Part shown: one piece after another, positions 50,298 through 64,000 of the stretch
Layout: each line of letters starts with the position of its first letter
Numbering within the stretch: the first letter of the stretch is position 1
Source of the DNA: Klebsormidium nitens
Taxonomy: Eukaryota > Plantae > Klebsormidiophyceae
DNA length: 64,000 nt
Reading direction: 5' to 3'
Assembly: GCA_000708835.1 (NCBI GenBank)
Contig: DF237219.1
Coordinates: forward strand, 53,307 to 117,306
Position numbers and translations under genes: made by a program
Notes under the pieces: model-generated
Told to the model about the DNA's origin: nothing
Database searches by the model: none
The model's input: the letters and a program-made list of their open reading frames with translations, nothing else

Positions 50298-50837
50298 TCG
50301 CAGACTGCCAAGTGGTGTCAAATGTCCGAGTCAAGCACGTAACGTTGAAGACCCAGCACTTTCTTCCGGAACCGGTGCATATCACGCACTACTGCTGTGT
50401 CTGCTCAGATTTGTCGCACCGTATTTGAATGCTGTGTGTCAGCGGGTTCAGTCGATTTGTATGTGGTTGATAAACGACACTAAATCTGGTCAGCCGGTGC
50501 ACAATCGCACGACTGGAAAGCTTTCTGTTGAGCTCGCACCGATCTCGCAACTTGTGTCAACGATACGAGTCGAGCCTGAACCCCAAGTTCGATTGCACCG
50601 GATTTGACATCTGGTGTGCATTTTGGTCGAGCGCGAGCAAGGCATTATTTTGTCGCACCGGATTCAAAGAATAGTGTCAGCTCTATCAGTCGTGCACGAC
50701 CCCTTGGCCGGTGTGCACCAAAACATTTCTGGGTGTACAACTGGACGACTAAAAGCGCTTTGCACAGATATCGCACCGAAAATAAAAAGCAGTGTCAACA
50801 AGACTATTCGAGGGGCCCACTTGCGTTGTTCACACCA
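50298..50837. repeat. Degenerate ~59-60-bp-period array of bipartite motifs YGCACC(G/A)-N12-14-GTGT(C/G/A)
   Basis: Motif starts at 50414, 50534, 50593, 50653, 50713 and 50771; inverted copy at 50476-50501; weaker copies at about 50298, 50354 (inverted) and 50830. Confidence 0.7.
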
Positions 50838-52003
50838 GACGGAGTGCGGGGGCCCAAAGCCCCCGCACTCTTGATTAAACGATCTACAGTCACTAGCTTG
50901 GCGCGCGAACTTAGGTTTCGATGGCATGAGCCAAGGTCACGGAGGCAAGAACTAGCTACGGAAAGAAATTAGTCCTACCGTAGGTACAAAGGTATAGGAC
51001 TACAGATGTGTCGTAGGTAATTCTTGTAGTTGTTTCAATGCTCGTGCCATGTGGGCTCTGCAGTGACTACCTGTGCATGCAGGCAGGCCGGGCTCGAGTC
51101 CCGCACCCGTCCCGCACGCTCTCGAGTGCGGGACCGTGGTGTTTGGAGCTTGTAGGAGCTTTAAGTCACGCACTTCCTTCCTGCTCTTCTGATCCTCTCA
51201 TTTTGGAAAGGCTGCGCTGGAGCAGACCTCGAACTCGAAACCGCCCCAATGCACCGCTTACACGGGCGCTATGATCGCCACATGGGTCATGACACTGTGA
51301 ATGAACAAATGAAAGGAGGAGAGCCACCTTTCCAGAACCAGGGCTATGACCAATCCCCTAGCAAAAGTCTTATCCCTGGCAGGTATTATTTGCGAGTTGG
51401 ATTATGAGTCTTAGAAGCCACAATGCGCCTCATTCGAAGTCGACTTTGAACAGGCAAGGCGTGCTATAGCAGCAACCTTTTGATGAAACGGGATGCTATT
51501 CAAAGATTGGTCATTGCAGCGGATGCAGTGCCTATGAGTCAAATTGTGCAAATGGGGTGCAACAGCCGGGATACATACCCAAGAATTTTTGTGAATCGAC
51601 GAGTGGCAGAGTCTCTTAAAAGCAATCATCGACAAGTTACAATCGATGACCCACAAGTGGTCATTCTACATACGAAGAAGAGCATCTGGACCTATGAGCC
51701 AAGATTGCAGATGGCTGACGACATATCTCCCGACCCTAGATCACCTCCTGGCTTCACTTTCTAAGCATATATGGTTGTGAACCGATTCACAAGATCTTTT
51801 GCTCTTCAAGTACACCGTTTCCTCCAATTCAAAAAACGGAAACGGCGAACTCAAGCTCTGCGATTGTTTGCGAGAATTTCAGCATTTAGTAGATGGTTGC
51901 AAAGGATCACAACTCATCAACGATGAGGACAATAAGAAGGCTGTGCTCAAAAACATGCAGTGGACACCTCCTTACTAACGGTGCTGCACTTCGTCTCATA
52001 AGC

Positions 52004-54056
<2,053 letters not shown>

Positions 54057-54555
54057 GCGGCCTCTGCTTCGCCCAGCGAGAAGCATCTTTACCGCCCTCT
54101 CAGCCCGTCTTGCGTCTTGCTGGGCAATCAGCTCATTGTACGGCTCAGGGTATCAATGCCGCAAATGCAGGCTTGGGAAGCGCCACCTACGCACCTACCA
54201 ATGGTGAATGGCCTCCTGATCAACAGTACCGTACTGACTTTGAGTCTCCCGCATCAATGGCATGCCAATGCAGCCATCATGGCCCTGGCCGGCAACTAGG
54301 CCCAGGCCTGACCCAGGCTACATACAAGGTCGTCTGCAGCAGCCAATGACATCGCTGGATTGTAACCACGTGGTACCCGGGTACGCACCATCTTCGCGAC
54401 CCTAGCTCTGCAAAGCACTGTGCTGTCAGTCAGCCTGTCAAAGGCTGGGATTTGCGCAGTGCTTTTCGGCACACAACCCGAATTGCAAGTTGGTCAAGGG
54501 AAAGGGGCCGCTGTTTGTGGTGCTGTTCTTCTACACAAGTTCCCCCGCCTGCAGC

Positions 54556-57417
54556 ATGAATAACCTCAACTCTCTGCGCAACGTGAAGCTGCCTCCTGCG
54601 GGCGCAGCCTCCCGTCTGCTGCAGCTGGCGGTGCTGGGGGGCCTGGGGGTGTACGGCGCAGCCAACAGCCTATACAATGTGGAGGGAGGGCACCGCGCCA
54701 TCGTGTTCAACAGGATCGTGGGTATCAAGGACAAGGTGGGGCACATGCACACGCGCAGGGATCTAAGCCTGCATGGGGTGCAGGCTGCCACTTATAGGAT
54801 TGCCTGAAACTCGCATTGAGGAACGTACTCTGTGCAGCTCATGATATAGTGCAAATAATCATGGTAATGGTTTGTCATCGCCTGCCATCATTCAGCAGTT
54901 TGAAGCCTCCTTTCTCGTTCTCAGAGGTCAATTCTCAGATTGATCAATATAGGTTCACTGCTTGGCACCCGTTGATATGAGGCCGCACGCCCTGCTTTTG
55001 GAAACGAATAGCAGCTCACCGAGAGGAGATGGTAGTTTGATTTTGTCCATCAACCTATAGTGGTTGCATCCGCCGAACGCTCTTACCTCGCCGGCACTCT
55101 TTCTGGCGTCGTACTGGGATTCTGGCACAGAGGTCGTGGATGCGATCTATGGGCTCATTGTTTGGTGCCATGTTGAGAGCCTATTGAGTCACAAGGGGGT
55201 CTTCTGATGGTGCAAGTGGTATCATCAGACTCTCTTGTGGCTAGGGGCCAGCAGAGGTCGTCGCCTCTGTTTGCCTCTGCTATCCCTTGAACTGTGTATC
55301 GGCGGGGTGTGCTGTCCTGCTGACTGGGGTTCCTGTCCAGGTGTATCCGGAGGGCACACACTTGATGATCCCCTGGTTTGAGCGGCCCATCATCTATGAC
55401 GTCCGCGCGCGCCCCAACCTTGTGGAGAGTGTCTCCGGCAGCAAGGACCTCCAGATGGTGAGCAACATTTTTCCAAATGTACTCAGTGCAAGGTGCCCAC
55501 CTCCCCGGGGCAATCGTCCGCAAGTGGGACGTGTTGCGCTTGCATGAGCAGCACCTGTTCTGCCGGCTGGGCCGCACCGGCTTGCTGTTGACGCAGGCGC
55601 TGCGTGTGTGCAGGTGCGCATCACGCTGCGGGTGCTGACGCGGCCCATGGCGGACCGGTTGCCGCACATCTACCGCACGCTGGGCATGGACTACGCCGAG
55701 AGAGTGCTGCCCTCCATCGTGCAGGTGCGGCGCCACCATGCGCACCCGCACGCCTTCCCTGGGGGAGCCTGCCGACAGTGCCTTGCTACTCATGTCTTGG
55801 AGGCTTGACCCCTTGTTATCTGCCCCCACTGAACCCAGTCTCTTATCACACCTCTGTCGCCACTCTGCCTTGTCCATATCAACATCCCTCTCAACCTGTG
55901 GCCCACGTCTTGTTGCAGGAGACGTTGAAGTCTGTGGTGGCGCAGTACAACGCCAGCCAGCTCATAACCCAGGTAGGTCGTTCTTGCTGGATGGAAAGTC
56001 GGCCCAATGGCGCCGGACTGGCATCCAAGGAGGCGTTGGCTGTCTTCCCGTGCATTGGTGGGGATGCTGCTTGCGATGCTCCTAGCCCGCGCTCCATTGG
56101 ACGTTGCCCGCGATCCTTCCCCATGCGCTGAGGCTGGCGTGTGCACCGCTGCTGTGTGCAGCGTGAGGTGGTGAGCCGCGAGATCCGGCGCATCCTGCTG
56201 GAGCGTGCGGGCTTCTTCGACATCGCCCTCGATGATGTCTCCATCACGCAGGTCAGGACGCAGCACTCTGCCGCGCACACGCTGGGCCACTGGGCCAGTG
56301 GACAGCGTCGCTATATCTGGGGCAGGCTGGGGCCGGCTGGGGACCTGACTCGCAGCAGAGCCTGTGGCGTGGTTTCGTGTAGACTTGCAGACTCCTTCCG
56401 TTGGTCCCATTGTCATGCTGCAGTATGAGGGTGGCTTGTTTGCCTGACGTACTGCCGTGGTGGCTGTCTTCCAGCTGACCTTTGGCCGCGAGTACACGGC
56501 AGCTATTGAGTCGAAGCAGGTGGCCGCCCAGGACGCTGAGCGGGCGCGCTTTGTGGTAAGTGGCACAGCGAGGCACAGGCTGGGGTATGGCATGCCAGAT
56601 TGTACCGCAAAAGTTGTTTGGAACGTACCGTTGCATGATCAATGCCTGCTTGTCGTTGCTGCTTGATCCGTACTGGTGCACCCGGGTATGGGCAGGGCGA
56701 TGACGCGGGGGCGGTGTGCGTGTGCGTGCGCAGGTGGAGAAGGCAGAGCAGGACAAGAAGTCGGCCATCATCCGGGCCGAGGGAGAGGCCACCAGCGCGC
56801 AGCTGATTGGCGACGCCATCAAGAACAACCCCGCCTTCATCACGCTCAGGAGGATCGAGGTGCGCCCCGCTTGCCCACGTCCTGCGCAGGCCCCCTCCCC
56901 GCTCCTGACATTGCATTTCACTTTGCTGCTATTTGCGCTCCTTGGTATGTGTGTGCTTGATCAGAGCGGCTGCGGCGGTCAGATTGTGCCTGGCAGATCA
57001 GAGTCGCTGCGTCGTGCACCTGCCCCACATCCTGTGTGTCGTGTCATTGGCCCCCTCTCAAGCCGCGCTGTTGCTGCGGTTGCAGGCCGCGCGTGACATT
57101 GCTGGCACCATCTCGACGTCCTCCAACCGCGTCTTCCTCAACTCGGACAGCCTGCTCCTCAACCTGGTAAAGAGCGTACCCCCCCCCCTGCCCTGCCGCA
57201 CCGCGTCTTGCTTGCCATCGTGTCCCTGCCCGGGCTGCCGCTGCGGGCTACCTGGGCAGTGCTGGTGGCTGGTCGACCTGCATTTTCCTAGCTGTTCATT
57301 CTCATGTTGTTCCGTAGCATGATTGATGGGCCGGCTGCCCTTCATGTTCTGACCCTGCGTGCGGGGCCATGTGGTTGTGTGCAGGACGAGGTGGACACAG
57401 GCGTCACCGCCAAGTAG
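54556..57417 (+). CDS. PHB2: Prohibitin 2 (SPFH family), 9 exons
   Basis: [101 protein letters not shown] and [14 protein letters not shown]. Confidence 0.95.
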
Positions 57418-58438
57418 GCCCCCGGCCCTTCCTGTACAGTGGCAACCGCAGCCGGTATGAAGTGGGCGGGGGGGTCCAGCAGGGCGGGCAGGCTCCGCAG
57501 GGGTGACTGTTGCAGGAGAGCCTACGGTGGACCAGTGACCGACCATGTCATGCTGCTTGAGAAGGAGCCATCGTTTCGAGCAGCCATGACCTCCTTAGTT
57601 TCACCGGTAGATTAGTTAAAACGGTCCGCTCGTTCTGATCAAGTGACTTGATCAGGCAGCTTTGCATAGGAAGCCAAGCTGGAGTGCGCCTCGTACGTGG
57701 CACGCTAGTCATGCCAGACTTGCTTCAGGTTAGACACTGGTCGTCTGCGCAATAGACAGGCTGCTGCCAAGGTTTGTTGACCGCAAAGCTTGTCTGCATC
57801 GGCCATGCGACGCAAGGATTGACAGATTGCTTTCAGACGTGCCATGTGCTTTGAAACCAGCAGTGTCGCCGCAATATGCTTGATTGGGTGTCATGCAAGC
57901 TGTTTAACGAACAAATCAGCATCTGCGTATGTCCGATCAATCATGCCAAGGCACATGCCAATTGTGTAGACTTCCCTTGATGTCGGCTGCGATCTGCCGT
58001 GCGTCGGACCTGCAGGTGGGCCGCTCGTGCTTATGCTCTGCTTCGAAAATCCACGGTTGAGAATGAATCAGTAGGCCAGATCGTACCATTAACCAGCGAT
58101 CTCTCGTGAGGATCTGCAGACTGCAAGGGGTATGCTACCTAGGGCAAGAGCAAGGAATTCTGGAGCTGCGCCCAAGCATGCAGAATGTAGATCGATACGG
58201 AGTCTGCTTTCATCTGTTGGTTGCAACAATGTTCCAATGAGTGATCTGGAAGAGATTGCGATTCGAACGATCACGCAGACTATCCTTGCCTGTGTAATTT
58301 TCGCCAGTGCCTATTTTCCGGTCCACCTAGCTTCGGCCGATTGCAATAAGCAAACCGCTGGGTTAGAAGATGCGCTTGTGCGCATGAGGCCTGAAGCTTC
58401 GGGCCCATGGATTGGCTAGAAAGGTATTGACCACGACC

Positions 58439-58548
58439 NNNNNNNNNNNNNNNNNNNNNNNNNNNNNNNNNNNNNNNNNNNNNNNNNNNNNNNNNNNNNN
58501 NNNNNNNNNNNNNNNNNNNNNNNNNNNNNNNNNNNNNNNNNNNNNNNN
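58439..58548. other. Assembly gap (110 N)
   Basis: Run of N; the two flanks repeat each other (see rejected list). Confidence 0.99.
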
Positions 58549-59009
58549 GGGTTGAAGGATGCGCTTGTGCGCATGAGGCCGTGAAGCTTCGGGCCCGATG
58601 GATTGGCTGAAAGGATTGCCACGACCGACTCAACCGCCGGGGCCACGGCGCGATCACGGATGCACGAGCGTTCGATCGCAGGCTCCAAATCAACGAGGCC
58701 CAAGCATCCGTCGAGTATTTCAATCTGCATGACTTGGTTCGTACAGACTGATGGTCAAAAGTCGGGCAACAGTAGTCGCAGGCGACGACAACTTGGGTCA
58801 TGGACTTCGACGATGGAGTTTTTGGTGACGTGCTGACAGTGCATGCACACACTGCGCAGAGTTGTCGCTGAACGGGATCAAGCGCCCCTTTTCTCAGCTT
58901 GTGACCTGACGTTCCCCCTGCGTGAGCGCCTTTGCCTCCGGTGGACCGAGGGGAGCACGAGACCGAGGTTGGCGCCATATTCGCTGGGCGTGCGGGTGTC
59001 TGCGGCAGC

Positions 59010-62000
59010 ATGGCAGAGGGCGCAGCGATGGACGGGGCCGCGGGGCGGGAGGGCAGGCCGGCGGAGGAACACGAGGAGACGCACAAGGGCTACCAGGTGA
59101 GGCGATAGCACCACTGATACACTGCATGAGCCAGCCACAGGGGAGGCGGGCGGCGGGTCTGCGGGCGGAGCGCAAGCCCGCTGGCGACGGCAGGATACCC
59201 GCAACATCCCTCTGGCCCAACACAATCGGTTGGAAGTGAACAAAGCTACGCTAGTTACAACCTTGTGCATTTTGCGGAAGACTTGGCTCGTTTGAGTGGG
59301 TAAATGCTACACTGGTCAAGCTTCCTGTAGCTTAAGGTTTATGACTCAACAATCGGGGCCAAATAAAGGCTGAGCCTAACGAGAATCTGCAGCTCGAGCG
59401 AGTCAATGGCTTATAGAGCCCTTTAGGCACGTGCCTTCTGATAGCGATGGTCTAAAAGACGAAGTTGACTCCGACGTCTCCAAGCTAAGAAGTTTGGAAG
59501 AAAGACACTGGAACTTTGCAAGGCTGCCAATCACCTGCAATTGCATGGTTTTCGCGCGGATTTTACCCTTCTTTCATCACCAAAGGTTGGATACTTTGTT
59601 TGTATCAATCCGGTCTTTCTGCTTGCTTTAAGCGCTCAAAGCTAGCGAGGGCCATGCTTCCCGACCCGGATCCGACGGGGCCGCGACCTGATTAGTCAAC
59701 CTGCCTTTCCGTTTTTCCAGCATATGAAGGATTATGAGGTTGTGAAGAAGAAGAATGTCACGTCTTCCTGACTTCGTGAACAATCCCCTGAAAGTGGCAT
59801 GAGCTGGTTGACGTCGATTCACCTCGGGTACGGCCCCTTCGTCTGTATATTTCTCGACCGCTACCTGTTCCTGTCTTTCTGCTTCAAATTCCAGGTCGAC
59901 GAAAGGCGTCACTCAGCTTCGCGAGCCGTTCTTTCAAATATTTCTGTCGCCCGCTGATCTCCTTTACACATTCTGCGTTTCGCTTCTGGTTCAAGCAAGC
60001 ATACACGCGACGTGTCCATGCCTGGTGCAGCCCATCGGCGAGATCCGCGCGTGCGGCGGCCTGGACAAGCTGGTGGGCCCCACTGCGGGCGCGCGCCCCG
60101 CCAGCCTGGCGCGCATGCACCTCGACCCCGCGCTCGACAAGCAGCTCAGCGCCGCCGTCGGGTAACGCACCGCACTCGCGCTGGCCAGAACTGCTGATTC
60201 GACTGACATGAGGATCCCTTGCAAAGCGGAAGCCGTCTTCGGCGTGGCCCTGCAACGTCTGTTGCAGCACCACAAGGGCCACCATTCGCGAAGTCACTTC
60301 GGCAAAGTGTCGGCAGCAGTCCAGGCGGCCTTCTCATCCATGCTCTGAAGTGTATACCTCTCACCGGCTCCCCGCGCTGTCTCCATGCCCGCCCGTCCGC
60401 GCGCCCGCCCGCCCGCTCGTGCGTTGCCTGACTGCCGCGGTGTGCTGTCCGCAGCGTGGCCCTGGGCACGTGGTATAACCTGGAGGCCATGGCGGTCTTC
60501 TGCCTCAAGGACACCGTCGCGCTGCCCGGCTTCACCAGGTGCGCGCGCGCCACGGCCCACGCCAGTTCTTATCTCTAACAGCCCGCTGGCTCAAGCAAGG
60601 GCAAAGGGCCTTCCAATAAAGTCACGTCTTGCTCTCCTGTGGTCGGCGAGCCACGGTCCCTGGCATCCACCCGGATGCGTCCCGCCGGGCGTGGAGCGGG
60701 CCCTGTTGCTGCAGCCCGCTGACGCTGCCGGCGGTGTTTTGCAGGTACTTCCGGGGGCGGGCGGGGCAGGAGTACCGCGAGGCGCGCAGCATCATGGACT
60801 ACGTCGTGAGCAGCGCAAGCCCGCGCCTCGCTGACGCATGTGTCACCCGGGGTCGTGCATCCAAAGGATCCTGCAAGTCTGCCCGTTGTAATGGATTTAC
60901 ACTTATGCGTGCCCGCATTATTTGTCAAGTGGGGCATTGGCGGCAGAAGTTGTAAGAGCGAGGAGCGGTGGCCCTCAGCGTTGTAACGGGAGCGCTCTGT
61001 GGTTGCAGAGCCAGCGTGGCGGAGCCGTCCAGTTCAAAGAGGTACGGCCTTCGTCCAGCACGGGTAGGGCTGCCGAAACATGGTGCAGGCAGGGGAAGAC
61101 GCGCCAGATGGGCAGTAGCGTCAATGTGACGGCACGTAGTTGGCTGCAGAGATCAATTGTCTTTCGAAATAGTAACGGCCTCATGAGCCTGTTGTGTCGA
61201 TTCTGCAGATCGCGCCGCCGCCCAACAGCTTCAATCACGAGGAGAAAGGGGACGCGCTCTTTTGTGAGTTCTGCCACCCTCGCCAACTTCGTAATACAAG
61301 TACGGTTGGCGTTCGTCCTGTTCGTTGTACTTTTCAACCCGAACACGCCTTTTTCCTGTCAACCCACGTACGTAAAGCTTCACTGGTGTTAGCTCGGTGC
61401 CGGCCGCGGCCCGCTGTGTGCTGATGCGGGCGGCGTTTGTGCGCAGTGATGGAGTACGCGCTGGCGCTGGAGAAGGTACAGAACGACAAGTACGTCCAGC
61501 TCTTCCGGGTGAGTCGACCCCCATGCGCCCCCATGCGCCCGCAACGGAGACGTACAATAGGGCCCAACTGTACTACCTCTCCCTCGTGACGTCCTGCCTT
61601 GCCCTTGCTGGTGTGCTGCTGTGCCTCACCCCTGCATGCTGGCTCACCCGTCGTGCCGTCACGTGCTTGTTGTGTTTACCGCTGCCAGGCCGCGGGGGGC
61701 AGCGGTGACCCAGGCGTGCAGGCGTTCGTGCAAGTACGCTTGCTGGGGCCCCGGGTGAGGACATAATTGTGTCTGGTGCGCCCCAAGCGAATCCTCTTCT
61801 GGCGGGTACATTTGGTAGCACTGTATTTTTGAAGAGTGTTTTTGAAGAGTGTGGCTTCATCTTGGAGTAACACGAAGCTGTCTGGTGTGGTGGCAGGCGG
61901 CCATCATCCAAAGGACAGCGCAATGCGTAGCGCAACTGCGACGTCTTGGAAAAGGAGCAGGTGAGCGAAAAGACGGATTTGGGTCTCGTTGTTCTTTGCT

Positions 62001-62315
62001 GTGGCAGCCTTCTCGCTGGTTGGGCGAGGGCACAAGAGGACTGGAGCAATGCTCTCCAGCAAACCCCCATGCAAAACAAAGTTCACGAGGTGTTTAAAAG
62101 GCTCTCATCAGCACTGCCGTTGCTTCGCAGGCGTCTTCGTCTTCAACGCGCAGCTCTTGGCTGAGCAGCCCAGGGAGGAGTCCCTTGGGAACGAAGCCGA
62201 GGTGAGCGGTCACAGGCTCGCGGAGGAGCGAAGTCGAAATCACTTGTGGCAAGGGTCAAGAGGACGGTCGAAACCAGTCCAACGAAGCAACCTACAGCCT
62301 AATGGAGACCTCTGA
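59010..62315 (+). CDS. Divergent plant-type ferritin-like protein (~275 aa, 10 exons)
   Basis: Exons 59010-59096, 60031-60161, 60455-60538, 60745-60805, 61009-61041, 61209-61263, 61447-61508, 61689-61754, 61897-61960 and 62131-62315 all join in phase. Ferritin hallmarks: SLARM, DTVALPGF, QRGGAV, FNHEEKGDALF, MEYALALEK, VAQLRRLGKGAGVFVF. Confidence 0.85.
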
Positions 62316-63672
62316 TAACGTATGCCATCAATAATCGAGGGCATTGACAGGCTTTGTGAGAATATTCTCTTTGGTTGTGTGTCATGAGTGGCCACTTTAA
62401 GGAGCTCCTAGCTTTTCAAGCAGAACCTCCATAGTATCCAGCTCATGGTAAATTCCATACTGCTTGTTGGTTACTGCGTGCTTTACTCAACTCCTTGTAC
62501 GTCCCTGTTAGGACCAGGATTGGAGCTTGCCGGGAAGTGGCGCATGCAAGCGGGCCAAGTCTGGTGTGGCACAAGGATAAGAACAACTAGTTGAGGATCA
62601 CCCCGTGTGCTAGTCGACATGTTCTCATCGGCTATTCTACTAGTTGATACTAGTGTGAGACGACTAGTTACTAGTAAAGTACTCTGCCTTGCAACCTCTA
62701 CAAGTTCGGTCCGGGTATGACTACTCCACTGGTGTATCCACCCCGAGCTGCATGGAACTAAGAGCCAATAAACCGAGGATTCGATGCATAGATGATTGCT
62801 AAAGAGTGCAAACGCTTTGCTAAGGCGGCCAATTGGCACCATTGTGAGATCTTGACATAGGCTGTTGGGGTTTCTAGTGAATAAAGGTCACACGCTGCAA
62901 ACCAACCAAATTGAAAGACATCATACTTTTTCGACAAAAACGCTTTTGTGGATCAAGTGGTTGCAAACGGGGGTTCTTTTTGTCGACATGTTCCCTGGTA
63001 ACACAAAGGCAGGTTCCGCATGCGGTTCGAAATACATATCTGTTGGCCATTTTGCAACTAAGGTACTTAATACTAAACCAACGACAAGTCCGGGCTTCCT
63101 CGATTAGCGGCTTCGCAATCTGCACGGCTTTTGTGTGGCAAACCGTTGATCCTTGTGTCCAACGTATGTAAGCATTGTACCAACTTGGATATGCCTCGAT
63201 CAATGATCCCGTCAATATGACGACTAGTGACCAAGTGGTTGTTGCGGTTGTGTGCTTGGTCTAAGATCTATGATTCAACGATTTTCAAGATCATACAAGA
63301 TGGTCCTTGGAGATAGTGCCGCATTAAATGATTTGGTGGTTTGATTGTAGCGCAACATGAAAGATGCATAGATAAAGGATAATATGGCCAAAAGGAAGAC
63401 ATTTAGGATTCTTTCAATCCCAATGATAACCAAACTGGTTCCAACGGCAAGCTCGCTACACAGTACTCCTAAATATCATGCATTAAATCTGATCGGGCAT
63501 GTCATCCAATATACGAGAAGGATTTTGCGAGCCTTCATGTATCTTGACGAGCAGATGGTTAGCAATTCCTTGAATGCCGCATATATATAGAAAATACAAG
63601 CTTCCACTGTTGATGCGCACAACCACAAAAGTTATTTATTGCTCAAGTGACGAAACTGTCGGCCCCGGAACA

Positions 63673-63782
63673 GGCATATATTGGCATACGGTCTACCGAA
63701 TTTTGAGGCTTTGGCATACGGAATATTGGCCAAAAATGGATTTGGCATACGGCATATCCAGTTTGTAATGTGCCAATATGCC
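63673..63782. repeat. Short spaced repeat cluster TTGGCATACGG x3 inside an imperfect inverted repeat
   Basis: TTGGCATACGG at 63681, 63711 and 63742. GGCATATATTGGC (63673) versus GCCAATATGCC (63772-63782). Confidence 0.65.
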
Positions 63783-64000
63783 AGGATAATACTGCAATAT
63801 GTCCAGCTTTGCCCCAAAAGTAGCATGTACTTTTTCAATCTTTCTGGAACATTAAACTGCTTATGTGTCTAGCTACAATTTCAGAGCTTATGAAACTTTT
63901 CAGCGGCATATACCTTGAGGTGGTCAAACGAGCTCTTTCGAAGAACCAGTGTGACGATTCGAGTCTATGAATCTTCATATCGAACTCGTCCCAGTATATT

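Noticed and set aside
50298-50837. CRISPR array (units start GTCGCACC, like some type I-C repeats)
   Set aside because: Only 6-8-nt motifs are conserved, not a 25-40-nt repeat. Orientations are mixed, there are no cas genes, and the context is eukaryotic.
58360-58626. Apparent ~78-bp direct repeat on both sides of the N gap
   Set aside because: The two copies differ only by scattered single-base indels and abut the gap, which is typical of overlapping low-quality contig ends. Treated as an assembly artefact.

Overview
Eukaryotic, intron-rich nuclear DNA with GT-AG introns of about 150-900 bp. A PRDA1 homologue and a plant-type ferritin point to the green lineage; a Klebsormidium-like streptophyte alga is my inference, not proven. 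About 16 multi-exon genes can be reconstructed. Recognisable ones: an F-box/LRR/ankyrin protein, TRAPPC1, PRDA1, CDKC, NDUFS6, a CDF/MTP metal transporter, a chalcone-isomerase-fold protein, an SDR, TRM61, PHB2 and a ferritin-like gene. The others are a ~1,250-aa disordered protein and several uncharacterised membrane, secreted or hypothetical proteins. There is one 110-N gap. Main unexplained structures: (1) two diverged ~520-bp TTAA-flanked elements lying tail-to-tail, each carrying a TATA + A-box + B-box + poly-T Pol III unit of tRNA origin with identical spacing; (2) a related 755-bp TTAA-flanked fold-back element; (3) a cryptic ~60-bp-period array of bipartite motifs at 50.3-50.8 kb; (4) an intact ferritin gene that has lost most ferroxidase ligands and has no evident transit peptide; (5) a one-base frameshift in a homopolymer of the CDKC tail. 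All gene models and alignments were made by eye, without tools.
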